This document shows positions 11,386-21,688 of a stretch of 64,000 bases of DNA, piece by piece. The notes beneath the pieces were generated by a model. It had not been told where the DNA came from. It worked only from the letters and a program-made list of their open reading frames with translations, and searched no databases. The position numbers were made by a program, and so were the translations under genes. Positions within the stretch are counted from its first letter, which is position 1. Each line of letters starts with the position of its first letter. The stretch spans positions 1-64,000 of the forward strand of contig CAUWGC010000009.1 in NCBI GenBank assembly GCA_963558405.1. Reading direction: 5' to 3'. The DNA comes from an uncultured Clostridia bacterium (GTDB lineage Bacteria; Bacillota; Clostridia; TANB77; CAG-508).

Positions 11386-11400
11386 AAAGAGGGAAAAGTA

Positions 11401-13809
11401 ATGAAAACAAGTATAGAATGGTTAAAAGAATATTCAGATATAGAAGTATCTCCAAAAGAATTAGGGGATATACTTACAATGACAGGTTCTAAAGTAGAAA
11501 CAATAGAATCAAAAGGAAATGATATAAAAAATGTTGTTGTAGGAAAAATATTAGAAATAACAAAACATCCAGATGCAGATAAACTAGTAGTTACAAAAGT
11601 AGATGTTGGTAATGAAATATTACAAATTGTAACAGGAGCAAATAATATAAATGTTTCTGATATAGTACCAATTGCCAAAGATGGTTCAGAATTACCTGGT
11701 GGAGTTAAAATTAAAACAGGAAAATTACGTGGCATAGAATCTTGCGGAATGATGTGTAGTGTAGGAGAGCTAGGATTAAATATAGAAGATTATCCAGACC
11801 AAATAGAGCATGGAATTATGATTTTACCTGCATCTTTAGAAAAAGAATTAGGAAAAGATATTGTAGAAGTACTAAAATTAAGAGAAGATATTATAGATTT
11901 TGAAATAACACCTAATAGACCAGATTGTTTATCTATTGAAGGATTAGGAAGAGAAACAGCAATTTCTTTAGGAAAAGAATTTAAAAATCCAAGAAAAAAC
12001 ATAAATGAAATGAAAGTAGAAAACAAAGAAGAAATAAAAGGTCTAAAAGTAGATATTACTGCACCAGATTTATGTTATAGATATATTGCTAGAGTTGTTG
12101 AAAATGTAAAGGTAGAAGAATCACCAGATTGGATGAAAAGAAGATTAAATGCTTGTGGTATAAGATCAATTAATAACATTGTAGATATAACAAATTACGT
12201 TATGTTAGAAATGGGGCAACCAATGCATGCATTTGATATAGAGTCTATTTCTGGAAAACATATTACAGTTAGAAGAGCTAACCCAAATGAAAAAATAACT
12301 ACATTAGATGAACAAGAAAGAGTATTAGATGATAGTATGCTTGTTATAGCAGATGATGAAAAACCAGTAGCTATTGCTGGTGTTATGGGTGGACTAAATT
12401 CTGAAATAGAAAAAGATACAAAAACAGTAGTATTTGAATCAGCTGTATTTTATGGTGGAAGCATACGTAAAACAGCAAAAAAAGTAGGATTAAGAACAGA
12501 GGCATCATCTCGTTATGAAAAGGGATTATCACAAGAAAATGCAGAAAGAGTTATAAACCGTGCTGTAGAATTAGTAGAAATCTTAAATGCAGGAAAAGCA
12601 GTAGAAGGTAAGATAGATGTATATCCAACTAAACAAAAAGTAAATAGAATAAAAATAAATCCTGACAGAATAAATAGTTTACTAGGAATACAAGTATCAA
12701 AAGATGAAATGCTAAATATTTTTGAAAAATTAGAAATTAAAGTAGAGAAGGAAGAAGCAATTGCGCCATATTTTAGACAAGATATAGAACAAGAAGCGGA
12801 TTTAGCAGAAGAAGTATTACGTTTTTATGGATATGATAAATTACAAAGTACATTAATAGAAGCAGAAAGTACATTAGGAATAAAAAATAAACAACAAAAA
12901 GTGGAAGATAAGATTAGAGAAATATTAACTTACTCAGGATTTTCAGAAATTTATACATATGGACTATGCTCAGATAAGGATATGAAAAAGGCATTAATTT
13001 CTGAAGAAAATGAGTTAAGCAAAAAATCAATACTACTTCAAAATCCATTAAGCGATGATTATGACAGAATGAGGACTACAACTGTCCCAAGTATGATGCA
13101 AACATTAGAAAATAACTTTAATAAGAAAAATAAAAATGTAAAACTTTATGATATAGGAAGAAGTTATATAAATGAAAAAGAAGCAATTCAAAATAATGAA
13201 TTACCAACAGAAAATAACATGTTAACAATAGGAATATATGGAGAAGAGTTAGATTTTTATTATTTAAAAGGAATAATAGAAAACTTACTTGAAGCGATTG
13301 GAGTAAACAGGTATGATATTATTAGAGAAGAAAAAAATAGTTTTTATCATCCAGGAAGATGTGCAAATTTAAAAATTGGAAATGATATTTTTACAAGTTT
13401 AGGTGAAATTCATCCAAAACTTGCAGAACAATATGGAATAACAGAAAAAGTATATTTAGCAGAAATTAATATAGATAAAATTACTAAATATGCAAGACAG
13501 AATAAAAAATATGTAGAAGTACCAAAATTTCCAGCAGCATTAAGAGATATTGCAATGGTTGTATCAGAAGAAGTTGAGGTAGGAAGCATACAAAAAATAA
13601 TAGAAAAAAAAGCAAAAAAAATATTAGAGAGTGTAAAACTATTTGATGTTTATCGTAATGAAAAATTAGGTGAAAACAAAAAAAGTGTTGCTTATGAACT
13701 AACATTTAGAATTCCAGAAAGAACTTTAACAGATGAAGAAGTAAATAATGTAATGAAAGATATTATAACTTCATTAGAAAATGAATTAGGAGCAGAGTTA
13801 AGAAAATAA
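11401..13809 (+). CDS. pheT: phenylalanine--tRNA ligase beta subunit
   Basis: HPDADKL, TPNRPDCLS, RYEKG, C-terminal FDX-ACB domain. Confidence 0.98.
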   Translation: MKTSIEWLKEYSDIEVSPKELGDILTMTGSKVETIESKGNDIKNVVVGKILEITKHPDADKLVVTKVDVGNEILQIVTGANNINVSDIVPIAKDGSELPGGVKIKTGKLRGIESCGMMCSVGELGLNIEDYPDQIEHGIMILPASLEKELGKDIVEVLKLREDIIDFEITPNRPDCLSIEGLGRETAISLGKEFKNPRKNINEMKVENKEEIKGLKVDITAPDLCYRYIARVVENVKVEESPDWMKRRLNACGIRSINNIVDITNYVMLEMGQPMHAFDIESISGKHITVRRANPNEKITTLDEQERVLDDSMLVIADDEKPVAIAGVMGGLNSEIEKDTKTVVFESAVFYGGSIRKTAKKVGLRTEASSRYEKGLSQENAERVINRAVELVEILNAGKAVEGKIDVYPTKQKVNRIKINPDRINSLLGIQVSKDEMLNIFEKLEIKVEKEEAIAPYFRQDIEQEADLAEEVLRFYGYDKLQSTLIEAESTLGIKNKQQKVEDKIREILTYSGFSEIYTYGLCSDKDMKKALISEENELSKKSILLQNPLSDDYDRMRTTTVPSMMQTLENNFNKKNKNVKLYDIGRSYINEKEAIQNNELPTENNMLTIGIYGEELDFYYLKGIIENLLEAIGVNRYDIIREEKNSFYHPGRCANLKIGNDIFTSLGEIHPKLAEQYGITEKVYLAEINIDKITKYARQNKKYVEVPKFPAALRDIAMVVSEEVEVGSIQKIIEKKAKKILESVKLFDVYRNEKLGENKKSVAYELTFRIPERTLTDEEVNNVMKDIITSLENELGAELRK

Positions 13810-13812
13810 TAT

Positions 13813-13851
13813 AAAAAGGTAGAAAATTATTAAAGATTTTCTACTTTTTTT
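13813..13851 (+). terminator. intrinsic terminator after pheT
   Basis: AAAAAGGTAGAAAAT...ATTTTCTACTTTTTT. Confidence 0.75.
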
Positions 13852-13932
13852 GTATAAAAAAAATTCAAAAATGTATTGAATATAAATCACATTTTAGGAT
13901 ATAATCTAGCTAGAATAAAATAAAAAGAAAGG

Positions 13933-15018
13933 ATGATGGCAATGGATAGAAAAGTTAAGGTTGTTCAATATGGAACAGGAAAAATGAGTGTGTATACAAT
14001 GAGATATGTATACGAGAAAGGTGGAGAGATAGTAGGTGCAATTGATTTAAATCCAAATGTTATTGGAAAAGACATTGGAGAAATTATGGGCACAGAGAAG
14101 AAAGGTGTTGTAGTAACAGCAAAGCAAGACGCAGAAGAAATGTTAAAACTAACAAAACCTGATATTGTTATAGTAACAACAGTAAGTTTATTTTCAGAAA
14201 TGGAAGAAGCACTTATGCTTTGTGCTAAACTTGGAATTAATGCAATTACTACTTGTGAAGAAGCATTTTTTCCATGGAATTCAAATCCAGAATTAACTAA
14301 AAAAATAGACGAACTTGCTAAAAAAACAGGATGTACAATTACAGGAAGCGGATATCAAGATCGTTATTGGGGAGATTTAATTTCTAGTATTGCAGCATCT
14401 ACTCATACAATTAAAAAAATAAAAGGAAGTTCAAGCTATAATGTAGAAGATTATGGTATAGCACTTGCTAAAGCACATGGAGCAGGACTTGATTTAGAAA
14501 CATTTGAAAAGGAAGTTGCTTCAAATGATAATATTACAGAAGAGGAAAGACAAGAACTAATAAATAAAGGTGAGTTTGTTCCATCATATATGTGGAATGT
14601 AAATGGTTGGTTATGCTCTGAATTAGGATTAACAGTAATAAAACAAACACAAAAATGCATACCTCAAACTTATAAAGAAGATATTGAATCTACTACATTA
14701 GGAATGACAGTAAAAGCTGGAATGGCAACAGGAATGAGTGCTGTTGTTACAACAGAAACAAAAGAAGGAATAGTAATTGAAAGTGAATGTATTGGTAAAG
14801 TATATTCAAAAGAAGATTATGACAAAAATGAATGGACTGTTGAAGGTGAACCAAATACTACATTAGTAATTGCAAGACCAAGTACAGTAGAACTTACTTG
14901 TGCAACTATAGTAAATAGAATTCCAGATGTTATTAATAGTAAACCAGGATATGTAACAACAGAGAAAATGGATGAATTAAAATATAGAGTTAAACCATTA
15001 AATGAATATGTAAAATAA
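13933..15018 (+). CDS. NAD(P)-dependent amine dehydrogenase, DapB-like / 2,4-diaminopentanoate dehydrogenase-like
   Basis: Rossmann start VVQYGTGKM, GINAITTCEE, C-terminal TCATIVNRIPDVINSKPG. Confidence 0.75.
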   Translation: MMAMDRKVKVVQYGTGKMSVYTMRYVYEKGGEIVGAIDLNPNVIGKDIGEIMGTEKKGVVVTAKQDAEEMLKLTKPDIVIVTTVSLFSEMEEALMLCAKLGINAITTCEEAFFPWNSNPELTKKIDELAKKTGCTITGSGYQDRYWGDLISSIAASTHTIKKIKGSSSYNVEDYGIALAKAHGAGLDLETFEKEVASNDNITEEERQELINKGEFVPSYMWNVNGWLCSELGLTVIKQTQKCIPQTYKEDIESTTLGMTVKAGMATGMSAVVTTETKEGIVIESECIGKVYSKEDYDKNEWTVEGEPNTTLVIARPSTVELTCATIVNRIPDVINSKPGYVTTEKMDELKYRVKPLNEYVK

Positions 15019-15030
15019 TTAGGAGAAGAA

Positions 15031-15312
15031 ATGAAAAGTGAAATAGCAATAGATGCAATAAACAATATAAATTTCATTCAGGGGATTGTAATAATTTTTA
15101 GTATAGGTATTGCTGGAATATTTGGAAGTATTATAAGATGGCAAGAGAAGAATAAAAAATGGAAAAGTATATTAATCTATTATATTATTAGTTTAATAGT
15201 ATTTATTATTACATTTCGTGATATTATATTAATTAGTATAATATGGTTAATGAATATTATTATAGTACTTTTTGAATCTAGATCAGGACGAAAAAAAGAA
15301 ACAAACCAATAA
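15031..15312 (+). CDS. small membrane protein
   Basis: AGGAG RBS; 93 aa with about 3 hydrophobic segments. Confidence 0.6.
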   Translation: MKSEIAIDAINNINFIQGIVIIFSIGIAGIFGSIIRWQEKNKKWKSILIYYIISLIVFIITFRDIILISIIWLMNIIIVLFESRSGRKKETNQ

Positions 15313-15556
15313 AAAATACAAAAAACATAAAATTTAAAAAAATACGTAAATAGTAAAAAAACATTTTAAAAAATCTAAAAAGAGCTCTAGAAAGCTCTTT
15401 TTTTCTTCAAAAAGCTCTTGATTTTAAAACTTCAAAAACAAACAAAGTTATGCTATAATCATTACATGGATAGAAAAAATCTAAGAAATGGAAGGTGATT
15501 TATCAAATTCACGTAAAACAATAGATAAAATAAAAAAATAATAAAAGAATGAGAGA

Positions 15557-16159
15557 GTGATAAAAATGAAAAGTGCCTCGGTATCCGAGCTAACTTTTGG
15601 AAAAGCAAAAGAATCAGACTTAAAAGATATTATTGACTTATTATATATTACCGAACCAGAACCTGAAGAAGAGTGGGGGCTTGGTTCAGAAGAAGAAATG
15701 AAAAATACTCTTAAAAGATTATTAAAAATTAAAAATAATAGATTCTCTATCCAAAATATTATTGTTGCAAGAAAAGAAAATGAACTTGTAGGTATGGCTT
15801 TATTAATGGAAGGAAAAGATATAGATAGATTAACTAAAAAAAGTGAAAAACATGTTATGTCATATCAAAAAGGTATGTTAAACAAGTTAGGATTTTTATA
15901 TCGTGCTATTAAAGGTAAATTTATGTTAGAGTGTGAAGAAGATGAATTTTACATTTCTAATATAGCAATAAAGCCAGAATATAGAGGTCATGGATACTCA
16001 AAAATAATGTTTAAAAAAGCTTTTGAAATAGCTAAAAAAAGAAACTATAAAAAAGCATCATTAATTGCAAAAAATGAAAAACTAGTAAAATTCTATCAAA
16101 GTATAGGATTTAGTCTAGTAGATGAAAAAATACGTAGAATGGTAATTAATATAGGATAA
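15557..16159 (+). CDS. GNAT family N-acetyltransferase
   Basis: YISNIAIKPEYRGHGY acetyl-CoA motif A; FYQSIGF. Confidence 0.85.
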   Translation: MIKMKSASVSELTFGKAKESDLKDIIDLLYITEPEPEEEWGLGSEEEMKNTLKRLLKIKNNRFSIQNIIVARKENELVGMALLMEGKDIDRLTKKSEKHVMSYQKGMLNKLGFLYRAIKGKFMLECEEDEFYISNIAIKPEYRGHGYSKIMFKKAFEIAKKRNYKKASLIAKNEKLVKFYQSIGFSLVDEKIRRMVINIG

Positions 16160-16167
16160 ATAAGTCA

Positions 16168-16197
16168 AGAGAAGTGCTAAAAATAGCACTTCTTTTT
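16168..16197 (+). terminator. intrinsic terminator
   Basis: AGAAGTGCTA-aaaa-TAGCACTTCTTTTT. Confidence 0.75.
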
Positions 16198-16270
16198 AAT
16201 GAAATTAATTATAAAAAAGCTTGAAATGATAAATAATTAAATATATAATACTACCCAAGGAGGTATAATT

Positions 16271-16834
16271 ATGAAAAAAAGTACAATAGTTTTATTAGTG
16301 ATAGGAGTTATTATATTAGGAATAATAATATTTGCAATTTCTGGATATAATAGCTTAGTAAAAATGGAAGAGGAAGTAAATAGTGCTTTTTCAAATATTG
16401 ATACAAATTTACAAAGGAGAGCAGATTTAATTCCTAATTTAGTAAGTACAGTAAAAGGTTTTGCAAGTCACGAAACAGAAGTTATTAATAGTGTTACAGA
16501 GGCAAGAGCAAAACTTGCTGGTGCAAGTACTGTAGAAGAAAAAGCTAATGCAGATAGTGAGTTAACTAGTGCTCTTAATCGTTTAATGATAGTTGTAGAA
16601 AACTATCCAGATTTAAAATCTTCTGAAAATTTCAGACAATTAGCAGATGAACTTGCAGGAACAGAAAATAGAATAGCAGTAGCAAGAAGAGATTATAATG
16701 AAATGGTAAAAAAATATAACTCACAAAGAAAGAAGTTTCCAACAAACATATTAGCAGGAATGTTTGGATTTGAGTCAAAAGAATATTTTGAAGCATCAGA
16801 TAATGCATCAGAAGTTCCAAATGTAGAGTTTTAA
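16271..16834 (+). CDS. lemA: LemA family protein
   Basis: LQRRADLIPNLV, ENYPDLKS, GTENRIAVARRDYN. Confidence 0.95.
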   Translation: MKKSTIVLLVIGVIILGIIIFAISGYNSLVKMEEEVNSAFSNIDTNLQRRADLIPNLVSTVKGFASHETEVINSVTEARAKLAGASTVEEKANADSELTSALNRLMIVVENYPDLKSSENFRQLADELAGTENRIAVARRDYNEMVKKYNSQRKKFPTNILAGMFGFESKEYFEASDNASEVPNVEF

Positions 16835-16843
16835 AAAAGGAGA

Positions 16844-17767
16844 ATGAAATTGAATAAGGGGAAAGTTATAATAAGTAGTATTGTTTTGTTACTTGTGTTA
16901 ATCATATGTAATACAGCAAATGCAATAGTATCTCCTACAACACAATTCTATGTTAATGATAAAGCAGGAGTTTTAACAGAAGAAACGGAAAACTATATTA
17001 TTCAAACAAATATTGATTTAGAACAAAAAACAGGAGCGCAAATTGTAGTTGTTACAGTACCTTCTTTAGAAGGTATGGATATAGAAACATATGCAAATAG
17101 ATTATTTAGAGAATGGGGAATAGGTTCTAAAGAGAAGAATAATGGATTACTTTTATTATGTTCAACAGGAGATAGGTTGTTCAGGGTAGAAGTAGGATAT
17201 GGATTAGAAGGAATTTTACCAGACGGAAAAACTGGAAGAATGCAAGATGAATACATTATTCCATATTTAAAAAATAATAATTATGATGAAGGTATAAAAA
17301 ATGGGTACAGTGTTTTTTTACAAGAAGTTGCAAACGAGTATGGAGTAACAATTTCAGAAATTCAAAATGCTACAATTATGCCAAGAACAAAAAAAGATAT
17401 TATTATGGAAAATTCAAATTTAATGGGAACAATAATATTTTTTACAGTGGTAATAACATATATATCTTTTTCTAAATGTTTTAAAAATGCTACAACTAAA
17501 TCTACTATAAAATATATAGTAATACAATTAATTCAAATCTTGATTTTATGGATAATAATAGGAGACATTGGCTTGCCTATAGCTATATTAATGGGAGGAA
17601 ACATGTTCTCATTAATAATGATATTAGCAATTAAATATGGAGGAAGAGGAGGATCTTCTGGAGGATTTTATGGAGGAGGATTCTCAGGAGGTGGCTTTTC
17701 TGGCGGAGGAGGATTCTCCGGAGGTGGAGGATTCTCTGGTGGCGGAGGAAGCACAAGAGGATTTTAG
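16844..17767 (+). CDS. TPM domain membrane protein (YgcG-like) with Gly-rich tail
   Basis: VND.AGVL, WGIG..NNGLLLL, RVEVGYGLEG, GGGFSGGG tail. Confidence 0.9.
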   Translation: MKLNKGKVIISSIVLLLVLIICNTANAIVSPTTQFYVNDKAGVLTEETENYIIQTNIDLEQKTGAQIVVVTVPSLEGMDIETYANRLFREWGIGSKEKNNGLLLLCSTGDRLFRVEVGYGLEGILPDGKTGRMQDEYIIPYLKNNNYDEGIKNGYSVFLQEVANEYGVTISEIQNATIMPRTKKDIIMENSNLMGTIIFFTVVITYISFSKCFKNATTKSTIKYIVIQLIQILILWIIIGDIGLPIAILMGGNMFSLIMILAIKYGGRGGSSGGFYGGGFSGGGFSGGGGFSGGGGFSGGGGSTRGF

Positions 17768-17885
17768 AAGAAGTAGTAAATACTTCTTCTTTTTTGCCAT
17801 ATAATAACAAATTTTATAAATTTTATTCACAAACTAGACACAATTACTAGTTATAATATATAATAAATTATGTAAAAGGAGAAAT

Positions 17886-18566
17886 ATGATGAGTGATATT
17901 AATGTATTAGTTGTGGATGATGAATCTAGAATGCGTAAACTAATTAAAGATTTTTTATCTCAAAAAGGGTACCAAATTTTAGAAGCAGAAGATGGAGAAA
18001 AAGCTTTAAAAATATTTGAAGAAAATGAAAATAAGATAAATCTTATTTTACTAGATGTAATGATGCCTAAATTAGATGGGTGGTCAGTTTTACGTCAAAT
18101 TAGACAAACATCTAAAGTTCCAATAATTATGCTAACAGCAAGAGGTGAAGAACAAGACGAACTTTTTGGATTTGAACTAGGAGTAGACGAGTATATTTCT
18201 AAACCATTTAGTCCTAAGATATTAGTAGCAAGAGTAGAAGCAATTTTAAAAAGAGTAAATGGTGAACCTAAAGAACAAAAAGATTATGGCGGAATTGTAA
18301 TTGATTCAGAAGGAAGAACAGTAACAGTAGATGGTAAGTTAATAGAGCTTAGCTTAAGAGAATATGAATTATTAAAATATTTAGTTGATAATGAAAATAT
18401 TGCTTTATCTAGAGATAAAATATTAAATAATGTATGGAATTATGACTATTATGGGGATTCTAGAACTATAGATAGTCATATAAAAAAGATTAGACATAAA
18501 TTAGGAAAAAAAGGAAAATATATTGAAACCATGCGTGGGGTAGGATATAAATTTCAAATTAAATAA
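17886..18566 (+). CDS. OmpR-family response regulator
   Basis: VVDDE, LLDVMMP, KPFS, winged-helix RTIDSHIKKIR...TMRGVGY. Confidence 0.95.
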   Translation: MMSDINVLVVDDESRMRKLIKDFLSQKGYQILEAEDGEKALKIFEENENKINLILLDVMMPKLDGWSVLRQIRQTSKVPIIMLTARGEEQDELFGFELGVDEYISKPFSPKILVARVEAILKRVNGEPKEQKDYGGIVIDSEGRTVTVDGKLIELSLREYELLKYLVDNENIALSRDKILNNVWNYDYYGDSRTIDSHIKKIRHKLGKKGKYIETMRGVGYKFQIK

Positions 18567-18591
18567 TAAAAATTACAGGAAGGAGTAAAAT

Positions 18592-20100
18592 ATGGAACAT
18601 ATAAAAGAAAAGATGAAATCTGTTCGTGTAAAATTATTTTTAACAATATGTATAGCAACAATTGTTATTATTGGTTTTTTGATTGTTACTAATAATGTAG
18701 TATTAGAAACATTTTATTTATATTCAAAACAAAATACATTAAAAAAAGTATATGAACAAATAAATTCATATTATAGTACTCCTTCACAAAATATAGATTT
18801 GGAATTAGAACTTGGAAAGATTGCTATTAATAATAATTTTGATCTCTTAATCTGTTCAGATGATAATGTAAGTATTTATACAACGGATAGTGATTTTATG
18901 AATACTCTACATGAAATGAATGCTATAACATATTATGCAAATATAGAGGAACAGAAAAACGTTTTATATTCTAATGATAAAATGAATATAAGAAAAGTAA
19001 AAGAAAGAAAAAGTGGAATAACATATATTTTACTTTCAGCAATGTTAGATAATGGATATATGTTATATATTAGAATTCCTATAGCTCCAATTCAAGAAAG
19101 TGTTAAAATTTCAAATAACTTTTTATTATTAATAGGTGGAATTACAATTTTAGCAGCTGGAATTTTTGCATCATTTATATCAAAAAAATTTACAGAACCT
19201 ATTTTGGAATTAGATGGAATTGCAAGAAAAATGTCTAAATTAGATTTTTCGCAAAAATATCGCATAACAGATACAGAAGACGAAATTAATAACTTAGGAA
19301 AGAGCATTAATATAATGTCTGATAAACTTGAAAAAACTATTAAACAATTAAGAAGTACAAATATTGAACTTGAAAAAGATATTGAAGAAAAATCTAGAAT
19401 AGATGAAATGAGAAAGCAATTTATTTCTGATGTATCACACGAATTAAAAACACCAATTGCTTTAATTCAAGGATATAGTGAAGGTCTGTTAGAAAATGTT
19501 ACAACAGATGAAGAAAGTAGAAAATTTTATGCAGAAGTTATTTTAGATGAAACAAATAAGATGGATAGACTTGTAAAACAATTGTTGGAACTTATGAAAC
19601 TAGAGTATGGAAAACGAGAATTTCAAAATAAAAAATTTAATATAGTTGAATTAATAAAAGAAGTAATTAGAAAAAGTAAAGTAATGTTAGATGAAAATAA
19701 TATAAAAGTAGAGTTGGATTCAGAAGAACAAGTATATGTTAATGCAGACGAATTTTATATTGAGCAAGTTGTAACAAATTATTTTACAAATGCAATGAAA
19801 CATGTTATAGATATAAACGGAGAAAAACTAATTAAAATTAGTGTAAAACCTAATATAGAAGAAAATAAAGTAAGAATAAGTGTATTTAATACTGGGGAAA
19901 ATATTGCAGAAGAGGATTTAAACAGAATTTGGAATCGTTTTTATAAAGTTGATACATCAAGAAATAGAGATGCAGGAGGTTCTGGAATAGGGTTATCCTT
20001 AGTAAAGGCTATAATGAATAATTATCAAAATGATTATGGCGTGATAAATACAGAAAATGGAGTTGAATTTTATTTTGACTTAGACCTAGAAATTGAATAG
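18592..20100 (+). CDS. HAMP-domain sensor histidine kinase
   Basis: Two TM helices; SHELKTP H-box; RFYKVD..R..GGSGIGL. Confidence 0.95.
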   Translation: MEHIKEKMKSVRVKLFLTICIATIVIIGFLIVTNNVVLETFYLYSKQNTLKKVYEQINSYYSTPSQNIDLELELGKIAINNNFDLLICSDDNVSIYTTDSDFMNTLHEMNAITYYANIEEQKNVLYSNDKMNIRKVKERKSGITYILLSAMLDNGYMLYIRIPIAPIQESVKISNNFLLLIGGITILAAGIFASFISKKFTEPILELDGIARKMSKLDFSQKYRITDTEDEINNLGKSINIMSDKLEKTIKQLRSTNIELEKDIEEKSRIDEMRKQFISDVSHELKTPIALIQGYSEGLLENVTTDEESRKFYAEVILDETNKMDRLVKQLLELMKLEYGKREFQNKKFNIVELIKEVIRKSKVMLDENNIKVELDSEEQVYVNADEFYIEQVVTNYFTNAMKHVIDINGEKLIKISVKPNIEENKVRISVFNTGENIAEEDLNRIWNRFYKVDTSRNRDAGGSGIGLSLVKAIMNNYQNDYGVINTENGVEFYFDLDLEIE

Positions 20101-20167
20101 GATTGAAAAATTATTTTAAATATGATATAAAATATAAGAAAATAAAATTTATAAGGAGACTAAGAAA

Positions 20168-20323
20168 ATGAATAAAAAAGAAAATAATAATATAGAAAAA
20201 ACAAATAAGAAGCCAAAATTAGATAAAGGAAGAATAATTACAAAAGCAATTGCTCTTTCTATGGTTGTAATTTTAATGCTAGGTTTTGCTGGAACTTTAA
20301 TTTTTTATCTATTAAATAGCTAG
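20168..20323 (+). CDS. small single-TM protein (51 aa), absent from ORF track
   Basis: AAGGAG RBS; MNKKENNNIEKTNKKPKLDKGRIITKAIALSMVVILMLGFAGTLIFYLLNS. Confidence 0.7.
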   Translation: MNKKENNNIEKTNKKPKLDKGRIITKAIALSMVVILMLGFAGTLIFYLLNS

Positions 20324-20356
20324 ATACATAAGATAAATAGAAAGTGGTGTATAAAA

Positions 20357-21274
20357 ATGGTAGATAATTTTATTACCAATATAAATAATTTTGTAAAAAT
20401 AAATATTATTTCATATATACAAGAATTATACCAATATCCAATTAAATTAATACCTTTAATTATAGATTTAGCTATTGTTATATTTTTGCTTGTAAAATTT
20501 GTGAAAGTTGTAAAATATTCAAGAGCATGGCAAATACTAAAAGGAATTGCGTTTCTTTTAATAGCTACAGTTTTAAGTTCAATATTACATTTGAATATAT
20601 TAAACTTTATACTAACATCATTTATGGCTTATGGAGTAATTGCTATAATTGTTATATTCCAACCAGAGCTTAGAAGAGCATTAGAACAACTTGGTACAAA
20701 TAAATTTACTAAATTTTTTGGAATTGATAAGGATATTCAAACAAAAACAAAAGAAGATATATATAAAATAGTAATTGCAGTAGAAGAATTAGCAAAAAAT
20801 AAAACTGGAGCACTAATTGTAGTTGAAAGAGATATTCAAATTAAGGATATTATTTCAACAGGAATTATAATAGATGCAGAAGTGTCTCCACAACTTTTAG
20901 TTAATATATTTGTTCCTAAAACACCTCTTCATGATGGTGCTGTTGTAATTAGTAATAATAAAATCTCAGCAGCTGCTTGTATGCTTCCACTTGCTAATGA
21001 TATGGATATTGCAAAAGAATTAGGTACTAGACATAGAGCTGCAATAGGAATGTCAAAAGAATCTGATGCAATAGTAATTGTTGTTTCAGAAGAAACTGGA
21101 AGAATATCTGTTGCAAAAGATGGAACATTGATTGCTGATATTAAAGGTGATGTGTTAAAAAGAATTTTAATAAAAAATGTTGTAACAGATAGATTTGATG
21201 AACAAAGACAAGAAAAAATACAAAAATTAAAGCAGATGAGTAATAAAAAACAGGAAAAAGTTAATAAAGAATAA
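20357..21274 (+). CDS. cdaA: diadenylate cyclase CdaA
   Basis: 3 TM helices; FQPELRRALE, LHDGA, GTRHRAA. Confidence 0.95.
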   Translation: MVDNFITNINNFVKINIISYIQELYQYPIKLIPLIIDLAIVIFLLVKFVKVVKYSRAWQILKGIAFLLIATVLSSILHLNILNFILTSFMAYGVIAIIVIFQPELRRALEQLGTNKFTKFFGIDKDIQTKTKEDIYKIVIAVEELAKNKTGALIVVERDIQIKDIISTGIIIDAEVSPQLLVNIFVPKTPLHDGAVVISNNKISAAACMLPLANDMDIAKELGTRHRAAIGMSKESDAIVIVVSEETGRISVAKDGTLIADIKGDVLKRILIKNVVTDRFDEQRQEKIQKLKQMSNKKQEKVNKE

Positions 21275-21378
21275 TTAAGCCTTATATTTAAGGCTTTTTT
21301 TAATTACTAAAAAGCAAAAAGTATTGTAAATATCTTTTAAAAAGTATATAATATAGCAAGTAAAAAGGAGGAAGTAAA

Positions 21379-21669
21379 ATGGCAAAAGTTTCAAGAGAAG
21401 AAATTTTACATATTGCAAATTTAGCAGATTTAAATTTAAAAGAAGAAGAAATAGAAAAATATATAAAAGATTTAGAAGATATTTTAAATTTCGCAGATAT
21501 TGTAAATAAAGCAAATACAGATGGACTAGAAGTAACAAATACAACATGGAATAGAAAAAATGTACTTAGAAAAGATGAAGTAAAAGAGGAATTTTCAAGA
21601 GATGAGTTAATGCAAAATGCAGAAGATGTTTCTCAGGGTATGTTTAGAATACCAAAGGTAATGGAATAG
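21379..21669 (+). CDS. gatC: Asp/Glu-tRNA amidotransferase subunit C
   Basis: HIANLADL...LRKDEV...FRIPKV; directly upstream of gatA and gatB. Confidence 0.93.
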   Translation: MAKVSREEILHIANLADLNLKEEEIEKYIKDLEDILNFADIVNKANTDGLEVTNTTWNRKNVLRKDEVKEEFSRDELMQNAEDVSQGMFRIPKVME

Positions 21670-21688
21670 GAAGGAGTGCAAATGTAAA

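Noticed and set aside
16170-16192. GTGCTAA/TAGCAC resembling a CIRCE
   Set aside because: The arms are in the wrong order and spacing; it is a terminator stem followed by T's.
17640-17760. GC-rich GGAGGA/TCTGGC repeats
   Set aside because: Ordinary Gly-rich GGGFS tail of TPM-domain proteins.
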